55,603 nucleotides of DNA, taken from the IMG/VR virus record IMGVR_UViG_3300031772_000046, positions 1 to 55,603 of that record, one strand, 5' to 3'. Numbering within the stretch: the first letter of the stretch is position 1; each line of letters starts with the position of its first letter. Position numbers and translations under genes: made by a program. Origin of the DNA: a virus (lineage: Duplodnaviria > Caudoviricetes). Positions 1-9,351 of the stretch are shown one piece after another. The notes under the pieces are model-generated. The model was not told the origin of the DNA, made no database searches, and worked only from the letters and a program-made list of their open reading frames with translations.

Positions 1-377
1 ACGAGGTTGGTTGTGTCAACCGATAGGATGAACATGCAGCCGGTCGTGACATCGGAGGCCAGAAGGTTGTCCGCACTCGTATCAAGGTCGGCGGTTTGCT
101 GACCCTTCAGAAACGTGGCGTCAGCCGTGCCAACGTAGTTCGCTTCCAGGATGTCGGCTGAGTCAAGCAGAATGAAATCAGCCTCAACGTCCGTACCGGC
201 GTTCACGTCTTCGATGCATAGGGCATCGGGAGTTGTCCCTCCATTACCCTCCTTGGTCATGCGCTGTGACGAGAACTTGAAGAGACGGCCTGCAACAGCC
301 GTCTCCGAGTCGGTCATATAGAACGCATGAACCTGCGGGGTCGTACCGTGACGATTTCCTACCCAACGGAAAGCCAT
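1..377 (-). CDS. Probable head decoration/cement protein, truncated by window edge (not in ORF track)
   Basis: Own translation MAFRWVGNRHGTTPQVHAFYMTDSE..., open to position 1; GAGGTG RBS; directly after the scaffold gene. Confidence 0.65.
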   Translation of the reverse strand, partial: MAFRWVGNRHGTTPQVHAFYMTDSETAVAGRLFKFSSQRMTKEGNGGTTPDALCIEDVNAGTDVEADFILLDSADILEANYVGTADATFLKGQQTADLDTSADNLLASDVTTGCMFILSVDTTNL

Positions 378-382
378 CTATG

Positions 383-1255
383 TCACCTCTTGTTTTGTTT
401 CTTGAGAGTGCGCCACATCTCAATGTTCGGAGCACCTTTGCCGCCGTCTTGGGATTTGGCATATGCGATGAGCTTGCGGCGCTCGACCCATTCCTTGCGC
501 GTGAGCCCCGCGCGTTTGCGGGCCTTCTCCTCCTTCTCCTCCAGAACTTCCTCGCGCTCCATGTTGGCTGCCGCACCGCCGCCGGATTCGACGGCGTAGA
601 TCCGCCCATCCTTGAACTTCTCGAAGGCGCCGGCCTCGGCGGAAGCGCGTTGCTTGGCGACGATCTTGGACATCTCCTTCGGGAGTAGATAGCGAAGGGC
701 GGCGACTACGGGCATATCCTCTTCACTTGCCAGTTCCTCGGCTTTCGGCAGTAGTTCATTGAACACGTCGTCACCGATTTGCTGGCGCAGTTCGCTCAGA
801 GGCTTCTCCTCAGTCCGCTGCTTGCGCAGGAACTCATGATCCGCGTCCTCTTCGGGATCCCTCTGGGGTTCGCGGCGCGGGGGTGGGTACTGTTGCTGAT
901 CGACGGGGGGCTGTTGTAGGGGGGGCTGCATCTTCTGCCGCAGGAACTCATGCACCTGCGATAGAGGGATGTTGAGCAGTTCCTGGATCTGTCTGGCCGA
1001 AGCGAGTATCGCCTTGGCCTCGTCCCTGTCGCAGCCGAACTCCTTCTCGATTTCACGCACCGCTTGCTTCTTGCCCTTGTTGTGTTCGCGGGCCATGATC
1101 TTCGCTGCTTCCCGCTCGGTCAGGAGCTTCTGGGTTTTTTCCGGCTCACCAGTAGCCGTCTGGCTATCGTCGTCCAGTACGTCGCCCGTTGTCACCGGGG
1201 CGTCGGTGTCGTCGTCGTCGTCAGCGAACATCTGGAGATCAAACACGGTATCCAT
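383..1255 (-). CDS. Capsid scaffolding protein with N-terminal Prp-cleavage-like motif
   Basis: FDLQMFA followed by an acidic stretch and coiled-coil-like sequence; located after portal. Confidence 0.8.
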   Translation of the reverse strand: MDTVFDLQMFADDDDDTDAPVTTGDVLDDDSQTATGEPEKTQKLLTEREAAKIMAREHNKGKKQAVREIEKEFGCDRDEAKAILASARQIQELLNIPLSQVHEFLRQKMQPPLQQPPVDQQQYPPPRREPQRDPEEDADHEFLRKQRTEEKPLSELRQQIGDDVFNELLPKAEELASEEDMPVVAALRYLLPKEMSKIVAKQRASAEAGAFEKFKDGRIYAVESGGGAAANMEREEVLEEKEEKARKRAGLTRKEWVERRKLIAYAKSQDGGKGAPNIEMWRTLKKQNKR

Positions 1256-1265
1256 TGATTGGATT

Positions 1266-1323
1266 ACCTCCGGTTTTATAGTCCCGCGGTGGACTTATTC
1301 AGGGTTTTGCGCTCCCTGTAGCG
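1266..1323 (-). promoter_or_regulatory. Two tandem H-type pseudoknots in scaffold leader
   Basis: CGCT/AGCG stem with loop CAGGG pairing to CCCTG; AGTCC/GGACT stem with loop CCG pairing to CGG at the GGAGG SD. Confidence 0.5.
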
Positions 1324-1329
1324 TCCCGA

Positions 1330-3366
1330 TTACGCGAGGGTCGCGGGGCCGACACGGCGGCCCATGTCAAGCGCCTCCGGCGGAACCGGAGGCTCGACGC
1401 CGAATTGCCGCACTTGTTCCAGTTGCGCTGGCAGTTGCGGCCCTACGGCGGGAACGGGCATCTGTTGGGCTTGTCCCACGCCGGGCTGTCCCGGCATCTG
1501 GGGCTCTACGGGAGGAGTCATGCCCGCCCCTTGCAACAGGGCGGGGATGCCTTGAAGCAATTCGGGGTTCTGTTCGAGCAGGATTCTCAGCTTGTCCTCC
1601 GGTGTCAGATCCTCCTCTCGCGGCAGCGGCAGCCACACGGCTATCCTGCCGTCTGGGGACATCATGTTGAGTTCCTGGCGCTTCCTGAGTCGCTGCTTGA
1701 TCGCCTCCCTCTCTGGTAGCTCGGAGATGTCAAGCAGACCCTCAATGTCTATGCCCCCGATGGGGAACAACTCTTTGGCCTGCTGCATCTTGAACGCTCT
1801 GGTGATCTGGAAGGCATCGGACCCCTCCCACGTCCAGTCGAAGTAGGCGCGTTTGCGCTTGGCGTCGAGTTTCTCCCGATTCCACGTGGGTTTCCCGCCC
1901 TCTAGAATCGGTTGGCCCTCTGCGTCCACCTCCTTGACCATGCGATACTGGGGAAGCTCAACGTGGTTGGCACGCTCGTAGCAGAAGTCCTGTGGCACAC
2001 CGTTCTTGCCAAGGATCCGAAGCCACTTTTCCTCCGGCCAGAACTGCAGGCACAGGGAATAGACCTGCTCGGCCAAGCGGGCCATGGCCTGCTTCTTCAT
2101 CGCCACCATCGCGACTGCGCTCCTGGCGCCCGCCTCATTCAAAAGAGCCATGCCCGTAGCCGTCGGGACGCCGCCGGGCTTCTCGCCACGGCTGACATCA
2201 AACGTGCGTGTCTGCTTGTCCATCTCGAACTTCTTTGTTTCACGCTGCTGCGGTATGTGCGGGGGGAGTTGGGCGGCCTCCAGGCGCTTGATCTGGTTCA
2301 CGTCACGCACGGGCAGGACCAGACCGATTGCGTTGGTCAGCTTCTTGATATTGAGGATGTTCTTCCATTGGCAAATCGTCTGGGGATGTCCGACCGCCTT
2401 CACATTCGTTTCGATCTCGCGGTCGTAGAAGTCGATGCTGTCCTGGATCTTCTCGCACGCCTCCATCGGCGTCCGGCCCCAGAACCGCGCCTCATCCTTG
2501 ATGCAGGGAACGGGGACGACGGGGAGCTGGCGGTGGTTGTAGAACGTCTTCTTGGTCTTCTCCTCGTCCCTGCTGTGGTGAAGCACGACGAGGTTGGAAC
2601 CGGCCAGGTGCGCGACGTGAACGCCGCCATCGGCCAGATACCAGTACTCGTACACCATCGCGTGGGTGTGCGAGGCGGCAAGGTTGGAGATTGCCGCCGC
2701 ATCATCCTCTTCGGCTTGAACAATCGGATGGTCGCGGTCAAGCGTCGTGCCCGTATCGCCGTAGAGTTCCACATCGCCGAAAGATGATTCGGATTCAACG
2801 TACTGCCAGTTCTCGGGCCACCGCTTCTTGATGTAGGAGAGGGGCCGCTTGTTTGCGTAGAGGAAGAACTGGCAATCGTCGATGTCAAGGGCGTTGGGAT
2901 CCTGGAAGCAGTTGACCGGGCTAACCACGTCAACTTTTATGTCTTCGGTGCTGGGGTCGTAGTACGGCTTCAGTATCGCATCCCCGAGCTTGGCGCGCAG
3001 GCGCTCCAGCCGCTCTTCCTTCTCGGGCCACCTGCTCTTCTGTAGCACGAACAGGAACATGGCCGATGCTTGGTCCGCAAGTTCATCGTCGCCGGGTTCC
3101 GTCGCCGCCGCAGAGGCGTTGTAGCTTCTGGATACGCTGTTGGCTATGATCTCTTCGGTTTTGGCCTGGAAGAAGTTCGTCTGCGGGTTGGGCATCCAAT
3201 CTTCCGCAGGCGCTTTCAATTGTTCGCCGTAGTAGTATGAATCGAGCTTGATCATGCGGTCGTTGTCGTTACTCTTCTGCGCCTTCGCGGCGGAGTAGTC
3301 CAACTGGAACCGCCGCTGGATCTCCAGATGCTCGTCAGGCGGCGAATAAAAGGTTACATCGCCCAC
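1330..3366 (-). CDS. Portal protein (P22-like)
   Basis: 678 aa after terL; VVSPVNCFQDP motif, FWGRTPM, TATG motif, Q/P-rich C-terminus. Confidence 0.9.
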   Translation of the reverse strand: MGDVTFYSPPDEHLEIQRRFQLDYSAAKAQKSNDNDRMIKLDSYYYGEQLKAPAEDWMPNPQTNFFQAKTEEIIANSVSRSYNASAAATEPGDDELADQASAMFLFVLQKSRWPEKEERLERLRAKLGDAILKPYYDPSTEDIKVDVVSPVNCFQDPNALDIDDCQFFLYANKRPLSYIKKRWPENWQYVESESSFGDVELYGDTGTTLDRDHPIVQAEEDDAAAISNLAASHTHAMVYEYWYLADGGVHVAHLAGSNLVVLHHSRDEEKTKKTFYNHRQLPVVPVPCIKDEARFWGRTPMEACEKIQDSIDFYDREIETNVKAVGHPQTICQWKNILNIKKLTNAIGLVLPVRDVNQIKRLEAAQLPPHIPQQRETKKFEMDKQTRTFDVSRGEKPGGVPTATGMALLNEAGARSAVAMVAMKKQAMARLAEQVYSLCLQFWPEEKWLRILGKNGVPQDFCYERANHVELPQYRMVKEVDAEGQPILEGGKPTWNREKLDAKRKRAYFDWTWEGSDAFQITRAFKMQQAKELFPIGGIDIEGLLDISELPEREAIKQRLRKRQELNMMSPDGRIAVWLPLPREEDLTPEDKLRILLEQNPELLQGIPALLQGAGMTPPVEPQMPGQPGVGQAQQMPVPAVGPQLPAQLEQVRQFGVEPPVPPEALDMGRRVGPATLA

Positions 3367-5216
3367 AGTTGCTCGTCCTCCTCCTCTTCCTCAACGGAGG
3401 GATGCTTCCACCCTTTGTCGGTGTCTTTGACCTGCTTGGCTCTGCCGGGAACAAAGGGTTCGACCTTTGGCGCCGGCGACATCTCCGTCAGTTGGACAGC
3501 AATACCCATGGCTATGATCGTGTCGTCGCACTTACCCTTGACCGCACGCGGCTTGCCCTTGGCATCGCGGATGAACGTCAGGCATTCATCTATGAAGCGG
3601 CGGGAATGTGTCTTCAGTTCCTCCGTCCTCAAGACACGTCCCAGGCCGTCCACAAGGATCGGGCGCGTCTTCTTGTCCGTCGCCCACCCAAGTTCCTCGC
3701 GCATCTCGTCTGTCTCTTTATCAACGTAGGTGCGTTTGTACTGGGGCGTGTTCTTCTCGCGCAGATAGCGGATCACGGTTAGGCCGTGCTGCATGGCCTC
3801 GACGCCGACAAGGGCGTGGTTGTAGTACGCGCTGAGCTTTTCGAGTTCATGGCCGTACTCATCGGGATCCATGTGCCCATGCCATTCGGCGCAATGATTC
3901 AGGTTCGAGTCCAGAACCTGGGCGCAGGAGTAGTCGCCGTGCTCCAGCCCTTCGGCCACGTCCCCGCCGATGAAGTACTCCTCTTGGGGGTCGGGATTGT
4001 GCCATATCTCCAAGTAGCCGCCCGACATCGGCACGAACTTGACTTGTTTATCCGCCAGTTCGAGGTTGCCGACCGCGCCCTCCTTGCAGGCCAACTGCCG
4101 CTTCTGAAGCATCTTCTTGTCCCACACCGGACGGCCCGAATGCAGGAACGCTTCCTCTTCGGTTGAGGGATACTGCCAGGCGAAGATGTCCGAGTCGCCG
4201 TTGCACTGGATCGATGCGATGATCATCCTGCGCCAGTTCAGCTGCTCGGGCGTCAGGTTGTACTTCTTCATCATCGCCAGTTCGTATGAGTCCGACGGCT
4301 TGCCGCTTTCGGGGCTGAACTCGGGCTTGCTTATACCGGCCAGGAACGCCTTCTTCGCGTCAGGGCTATCAAAGGGCTGCGTGTAGTCGGGGAAGTCGAA
4401 CCACGGGAAGAAGAACGCCTTAAACCCGTTCTCCCCGCGCTTGGCCGCCCAATAGGTGTCGTAGAAGTAGTCGCCGATGTTGCCGCCGGTTGACTCCAGG
4501 ATGACCATCGTACCCGCCATCTCGGGAACGGCGGGCATCATTGCGGCCATCAGCCGCTTGCCGTCTTTCCATTCTGCCACCTCAGAGCCGTGGAAGTTAT
4601 GGATGGTGTAACTGCGACCTGCTCTGAGGTTGGCGGCGGTGTCAATAAGGATCTTGCTGTTCAGCGAAGGACGCGGATCCTTCGACGACGGGTTACGGAA
4701 CAGCAGTTCCTTCTTGTTCGAGGAGGCGGTCGCCGGTTGAAGATGGGCGGGCAGGTTATCATGGATGAGCCGCGACATGTCGAAGATGGTCTTTGACGCA
4801 TCGTCGTCGTGGGCGATGATCATGCTGTTGACGTTTGGATGGGTGGCGGTGTCGGTGTAGATCAACGCTTCTGTGATCGTACTCATACCCGTCTGGCGCG
4901 GCTTCAGGATGATGATCCTGACGGGCTTGCCTATGGTCCGCTGATGCACGATCTCCCGATAAAGCCTCTCCTGGACGACGTTGGGCTTGAGCAGTATCAA
5001 GCCCTTCTCCTTCGTCGTGATGTAGACGAAGTTCTCTATGAACCAGAGATCATCTTCGGCCGCGTGCAGACACTCATACTCAAGGCGGAGGGCGCGGAGT
5101 CTCTGGTCGGCCTCGCGCTCTTCGTCGGGAGTGAACATCCCCAGGTTCTTGCGCCGTTCGTATTCGGGGATGAGAAGGCCAAGTTCGCGTTCGATGTCCT
5201 TTGCGGTCAGCATCAT
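3354..5216 (-). CDS. terL: Terminase large subunit
   Basis: Walker A KPRQTGMST, HGSEVA Walker B, EST coupling motif, RNase H-like GGDVAEG...DYS...DDTIIA. Confidence 0.97.
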   Translation of the reverse strand: MMLTAKDIERELGLLIPEYERRKNLGMFTPDEEREADQRLRALRLEYECLHAAEDDLWFIENFVYITTKEKGLILLKPNVVQERLYREIVHQRTIGKPVRIIILKPRQTGMSTITEALIYTDTATHPNVNSMIIAHDDDASKTIFDMSRLIHDNLPAHLQPATASSNKKELLFRNPSSKDPRPSLNSKILIDTAANLRAGRSYTIHNFHGSEVAEWKDGKRLMAAMMPAVPEMAGTMVILESTGGNIGDYFYDTYWAAKRGENGFKAFFFPWFDFPDYTQPFDSPDAKKAFLAGISKPEFSPESGKPSDSYELAMMKKYNLTPEQLNWRRMIIASIQCNGDSDIFAWQYPSTEEEAFLHSGRPVWDKKMLQKRQLACKEGAVGNLELADKQVKFVPMSGGYLEIWHNPDPQEEYFIGGDVAEGLEHGDYSCAQVLDSNLNHCAEWHGHMDPDEYGHELEKLSAYYNHALVGVEAMQHGLTVIRYLREKNTPQYKRTYVDKETDEMREELGWATDKKTRPILVDGLGRVLRTEELKTHSRRFIDECLTFIRDAKGKPRAVKGKCDDTIIAMGIAVQLTEMSPAPKVEPFVPGRAKQVKDTDKGWKHPSVEEEEEDEQLWAM

Positions 5217-5229
5217 GAACCCCCGTCAG

Positions 5230-5303
5230 AAAACAAATACGCCGGGCGACCCAATGCCTTGAAGCACAGGGCCACCCGGCGCATTACAGCGCACTAGGGC
5301 CAC
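5230..5303 (-). terminator. Terminator/attenuator-like structure upstream of terL
   Basis: Long hairpin 5239-5282 followed by ATTTGTTTT; upstream repeat GTGGCCCT(A)GTGC allows an alternative fold. Confidence 0.6.
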
Positions 5304-5326
5304 GAGGTATCGGTTGTTAGATGCTA

Positions 5327-5521
5327 CTACTCAATCGTAATGGTCAGGATCTGGCCGACGTGGTATTTGGCCGCGTCTTCCGCGGAAGCTAGGAGCTGCG
5401 CGTCAACGGGTGGGAAGGCACCTGGGTCACTCTGGCCGACAAGGGTCAGATACTTCACAAACCCGGACGGACCTGGCAATTCCATAGTTCCGATTTGCTG
5501 CACCTTGCATGTGAACGTCAT
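5327..5521 (-). CDS. Small beta-rich phage protein (paralog of 13943..14227)
   Basis: TMELP...KYHVGQILTITIE pattern. Confidence 0.7.
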   Translation of the reverse strand: MTFTCKVQQIGTMELPGPSGFVKYLTLVGQSDPGAFPPVDAQLLASAEDAAKYHVGQILTITIE

Positions 5522-5790
5522 GCGGATTCCTCCTCGTCAACGGGCCTTACTTCCAGCACGAACTCCCGCCACAACGTATATGGCTTCATGGCCTCCTGGG
5601 TTGCGAGAATGCGGATGCCGTTCGACTCGAAAGTGATAACGCCCTCGTTCCCGTTGCCCAAGTCTACCCTTCGCGCACCGTGCAGCACCGCTTCCACTAA
5701 GGGCGGACAGGCGGGGTGTGACTCCGCCTTTGCAATCTTCTCGTAGACCGTAAGGTTCATTTTCACGAAGATTCCCCCTCTTCCTTTCAT
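5518..5790 (-). CDS. Small hypothetical protein, same beta-rich family
   Basis: Coupled overlap with neighbours; similar C-terminal pattern. Confidence 0.6.
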   Translation of the reverse strand: MKGRGGIFVKMNLTVYEKIAKAESHPACPPLVEAVLHGARRVDLGNGNEGVITFESNGIRILATQEAMKPYTLWREFVLEVRPVDEEESA

Positions 5791-5954
5791 TCCACATACA
5801 CCGTCCGCGTCACGCCCTCTGCGTCCTTGATGCCCACCTGTGTTAGGGCCAATACGTCACCATTACACCTGGGGCACGTGATGTGAACCCCGCCGTCACG
5901 AATGACGGCGACCTTGCGCTCACACGCCTTGTTGGGGCAATGGATGCCTTTCAT
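5787..5954 (-). CDS. Com-like zinc-ribbon regulator (55 aa, not in ORF track)
   Basis: MKGIHCPNKACERKVAVIRDGGVHITCPRC; CxxxxC...CPRC as in the Mu Com family. Confidence 0.65.
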   Translation of the reverse strand: MKGIHCPNKACERKVAVIRDGGVHITCPRCNGDVLALTQVGIKDAEGVTRTVYVE

Positions 5955-5969
5955 GCACCATCCCTCGCA

Positions 5970-6143
5970 TTAACGCTTGTGCTTCTTCTTCGTGGTCTTC
6001 TTGGGCTTCTTCTTCGCCTTTTCGGGGAGGGACTTAATGTTGGGCGTGTGTTCCGCCCATCGCTTGGCGGTCCCTTTCTCAATGTCACCTCTGGCCTCGG
6101 CTGCGAACATGAAACGTCGCTGACGCTGACTACGGAATGGCAT
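5970..6143 (-). CDS. Small Lys-rich protein (57 aa, not in ORF track)
   Basis: MPFRSQRQRRFMFAAEARG...KKKHKR. Confidence 0.75.
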   Translation of the reverse strand: MPFRSQRQRRFMFAAEARGDIEKGTAKRWAEHTPNIKSLPEKAKKKPKKTTKKKHKR

Positions 6144-6317
6144 TATCGGGGCGTCTTTGGGCGCGATAGGCCCGGACGCATGGATGCCTTGGGCGTGATC
6201 AACTTCACCGGGGACTGCTTGACACGCTTCGCGGGTTTGGGCCAGGGCTGCAACTTTGCGCCCTTGCCGCCTCCTGCGGTACGAACGTCAGGCAATGGGC
6301 TCACCTCGCTTCATCTG

Positions 6318-6623
6318 TTAGGATAGATGCGTGATTCCGGCAGGACACACCCCGGCGGAATGGTCTGTGATTACTACCGGGCCAACGTATTGCCTCGCTG
6401 CTTTCCCGCGTCGCCAGGTCGGGGAGCGAAACCGGCACAAGTGGTTAATCAGGCATCCGGCACACTTCCTGGCTCTGAGAACAGGTGTCCCTCGCCAGTC
6501 ACAGACCGCTCTTCCATGCCCTTTTGACGGCCCCGAAGATGCTTCCTCAATTGCTGCCGTTACTTCATCCCGCCATTTGCACAGGTCGCGGTGCAGGCAC
6601 CCAAGACACAGACTGTTTGCCAT
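6318..6623 (-). CDS. Cys-rich hypothetical protein
   Basis: Two CxxCxxxxxC repeats. Confidence 0.65.
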   Translation of the reverse strand: MANSLCLGCLHRDLCKWRDEVTAAIEEASSGPSKGHGRAVCDWRGTPVLRARKCAGCLINHLCRFRSPTWRRGKAARQYVGPVVITDHSAGVCPAGITHLS

Positions 6624-7458
6624 CTGTCTTCCCCCTCATGTACGCCTCGTACTCACTCTCCCTGTACAGATGGGTAGCAGGGTAGTGCGTGTCAAGCCAG
6701 ATGCCGAAGCCGTGGACAGCGGCGCGCACGCAGAACGCGCGATCCTCCCATTGCGACCACGACACGTTGTCAATGGGTTCGTAACGGATACCCGCCTCCA
6801 GGACATCTCGCCTGATCAGGATGCAGGCGCCCGTTCCACCCACCTTGTACAGGCCGGGGACGCGGTACTTCGCGCCGGGTTCGTCGCCTTGCTTGTCCAC
6901 AATGAACGTGTAGAAGTCCAGATCCCATGCGTTGGGCTGCGGAGGGAGACCGGGGTTCCAGCGCGTCCAGTAGACTTCGGCAATGATGGGCATGTTGGCG
7001 GCGACAAGTTGGCGCAGGGTCTTCGGATGAAGGACAAGATCCGAATCCACAAGGAAGAGGTGGCTGGGCCTAAGCTTGTCAGGCGCAGAGAGGGTGATAA
7101 CTTGCACCCCCGTCTTGGTTGACGCAACGCCCGCTATCATGTCGATGGGGCGGATGGGCCCACACGCCCGCTCAATGATGAGGTTCTTCATCGCCGCGAC
7201 GTTCGACAGGTTGTCCCGCGTCCAGCGGTGCGTCTCTTCGTCCCGGTTGTACGCACCGGCATCGTCCCACTCGTAGAACTCCGTGGGGTAGCGCAGACCG
7301 TCAAGTATCGCCCGCGCCTCATCCCTGTTCTCGCCGTTCAGCACGAAGAAGCATGAGACTTCCAGGCCGTCGGTATCAAGGCCGTTCAGGCCGTTGACGT
7401 ACTCGCGCAGTATGTGCGGCCGCTCACGGACGGGGGCGGCTATGAGGATGCTGGTCAC
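6565..7458 (-). CDS. Glycosyltransferase family 2 (GT-A fold)
   Basis: LFLVDSD (DxD), GGTGACILI, WEDRAFC motifs. Confidence 0.92.
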   Translation of the reverse strand: MTSILIAAPVRERPHILREYVNGLNGLDTDGLEVSCFFVLNGENRDEARAILDGLRYPTEFYEWDDAGAYNRDEETHRWTRDNLSNVAAMKNLIIERACGPIRPIDMIAGVASTKTGVQVITLSAPDKLRPSHLFLVDSDLVLHPKTLRQLVAANMPIIAEVYWTRWNPGLPPQPNAWDLDFYTFIVDKQGDEPGAKYRVPGLYKVGGTGACILIRRDVLEAGIRYEPIDNVSWSQWEDRAFCVRAAVHGFGIWLDTHYPATHLYRESEYEAYMRGKTDGKQSVSWVPAPRPVQMAG

Positions 7459-7480
7459 AAACTTACCCCCTCACCGGATG

Positions 7481-7582
7481 CTACTTCTTGCCCTTCTTCA
7501 GGGTGCCGCCGACATTAGCGCCGATGGTGGGATCGCTCTTGCCGCCCATGGTGCCCGAGACGCCGTTGAACTTGAAGCCCAT
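7481..7582 (-). CDS. 33-aa Gly/Lys peptide
   Basis: MGFKFNGVSGTMGGKSDPTIGANVGGTLKKGKK with AGGTG RBS; fills the intergenic gap. Confidence 0.55.
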   Translation of the reverse strand: MGFKFNGVSGTMGGKSDPTIGANVGGTLKKGKK

Positions 7583-7588
7583 GCGTTG

Positions 7589-7915
7589 TCACCTGCCTTT
7601 CTGCTTTTGGGCTTCGATGGCCGCCCTTATCCGCTCATCCTGGGACACCGTATTGACGGGTGTGCGCTTGATTGGATCACCGACGTTGCCGATCCACTTC
7701 GCTTGCGCGTTTGTCCATTGGGTCATGAACGCGCGCTCGTACTCGCCCGCGCAATCGGGGCAGATGTCCTGGCGGGCGATCTCCGCGAATCTGACTTCAG
7801 CCCTCTGCTCGGCCTCCTTTGCGGCGGGGTCGTCACCGTGGAAGGCATGGTCGAACATCACCGCCCAGTAGTAGGGCCGACCGCACTTGCTGCAACGTCC
7901 ACTCTCTGAAGTCAT
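7589..7915 (-). CDS. Zinc-finger hypothetical protein
   Basis: CxxC...CxxC. Confidence 0.7.
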   Translation of the reverse strand: MTSESGRCSKCGRPYYWAVMFDHAFHGDDPAAKEAEQRAEVRFAEIARQDICPDCAGEYERAFMTQWTNAQAKWIGNVGDPIKRTPVNTVSQDERIRAAIEAQKQKGR

Positions 7916-7937
7916 GCACCCCTCGGGCAGGTACAGT

Positions 7938-8180
7938 CTAGGCTTCCTTGCGTTTGGAATAAAGAGCGGAAAGCCTCTCTGCAGTTGCCCTCACCTCCGG
8001 GTCAGACGGGTCGAATGGCTCTTCGTCGGGGATGCCCGCCCGCTGTCGCGGTTTGGCGGGGATAGGCGCATCGGGAAGCGCGGCGATCAGGGCGCGGTAG
8101 AGGAAGATACCGGCCACGCCTCCGACAACAATGCCCAGCACGAAGGACGCGAAGCCCACGGTTAGTGCGATGCCGAGCAT
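7938..8180 (-). CDS. Small membrane protein
   Basis: N-terminal hydrophobic helix MLGIALTVGF... Confidence 0.65.
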   Translation of the reverse strand: MLGIALTVGFASFVLGIVVGGVAGIFLYRALIAALPDAPIPAKPRQRAGIPDEEPFDPSDPEVRATAERLSALYSKRKEA

Positions 8181-8596
8181 GGCTTCTTCGCCAACCTTCT
8201 GAAGAACTCGATGTTCTCCTGGGCACTTCCTGCGTGTTGGGTGATCGATGTGGGCCCACCCGTCAGCAGCTGCGCCAACTTGGGCGTCTCCAGGCACAGG
8301 CGAATCAGTTCCTGATTTGTGATGTCGCCACTCTCCAGGCGCTTCTTTATCGCATCGCGTGTGACATCGTGGAGCCCCCAGAGTTCGGACGCCCGTTCGC
8401 CCTTCGCCAGGTCAAGTGCGGCCTTCAGGGCGGGGTCTGGGATCTTCTTCTGCTCGGCGTCCCACCCACGCACGGTGTTAGCCGGTACGCCCGTGCGCTT
8501 GGCGACCTCAACGCTGGTCAGACCCTCCGCCAGCATCGTCAGGGCGCGTATCTTCTGCTCTTTGGGCCATTCAGTCGTCTTGTTCAATCGCGCCAC
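8162..8596 (-). CDS. terS: Terminase small subunit (HTH type)
   Basis: N-terminal HTH (SVEVAKRTGVPANTVRGW), helical core, QLLTGGPT tail; upstream of terL. Confidence 0.7.
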   Translation of the reverse strand: MARLNKTTEWPKEQKIRALTMLAEGLTSVEVAKRTGVPANTVRGWDAEQKKIPDPALKAALDLAKGERASELWGLHDVTRDAIKKRLESGDITNQELIRLCLETPKLAQLLTGGPTSITQHAGSAQENIEFFRRLAKKPCSASH

Positions 8597-9351
8597 CTCA
8601 CAAGGTTGGGGTGCGGGTCGAGGATTGACTCATACTGCTCCTTGATGCCGTACTTGCAGTCGGGGTCGTGAAGCTTGTACCGCTCGAACTTCCGCTGACG
8701 GCGCTCCGGGGCGGCCCATCCCCAATGCTGGATGCGCGCACTCAACCCAATGCCGTTCTTCCCGATGGCGCCTTGCGGAAAGCGCCCGCAATGCACCGGT
8801 TGGTCGGGCCACACGTTCGGCTGGCCGAGATAACGGACCATCAGGGGCCAGTTGCGAGTATGCGCGTTCCACCATTGATCTTCGCGGTAGTGACAGCTGT
8901 CCCACATGTCGAACAACTGGAATGCCGCATAACTGATAGGCTCATCGGATTCCTCCGTGTTTTGCCTGTCCCACTCGGGCAACTTCTCGTCAAGTTGACG
9001 CAGTCTGTGATTGAAACGACCCTGGTCGCGCCTGGCAATGACCTCATCGGAATCAAGACACAGGATCCAGTTGCCCATACCGGCCTCCTCAGCGGCCATC
9101 TCCCACAGTCGCGCACGCGCCTTGGGTTCGTTCTTCATGAAGGTCGGTTCGGGAAGCGATTCAAAGCGAAGGGGCTTGAAGAGCTTGCATCTGTCGGTTA
9201 GCAGGCTGCTGTTGGAGCAATCATCAAGGATGACAAGGCCCGAAGTTGCCTCTTTGAGCGAGGCGAGGGCGGGGTAGAGACCACCGTAGAGATTATCAAG
9301 GAACGACTCGGGATCGAAATGGACCAGCATCGCGCCTATGATCTTGGGCAT
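8584..9351 (-). CDS. Glycosyltransferase family 2
   Basis: ILDDCS, WILCLDSDE, HCGRFP, IQHWGWA motifs. Confidence 0.9.
   Translation of the reverse strand: MPKIIGAMLVHFDPESFLDNLYGGLYPALASLKEATSGLVILDDCSNSSLLTDRCKLFKPLRFESLPEPTFMKNEPKARARLWEMAAEEAGMGNWILCLDSDEVIARRDQGRFNHRLRQLDEKLPEWDRQNTEESDEPISYAAFQLFDMWDSCHYREDQWWNAHTRNWPLMVRYLGQPNVWPDQPVHCGRFPQGAIGKNGIGLSARIQHWGWAAPERRQRKFERYKLHDPDCKYGIKEQYESILDPHPNLVRWRD

Noticed and set aside
1912-2787. Long plus-strand ORFs such as 1912..2787, 6331..7122, 11904..12743, 18000..18974 and 21227..22102, and minus-strand 25568..26560
   Set aside because: Antisense shadows of real genes in GC-rich DNA, without RBS or recognisable motifs.
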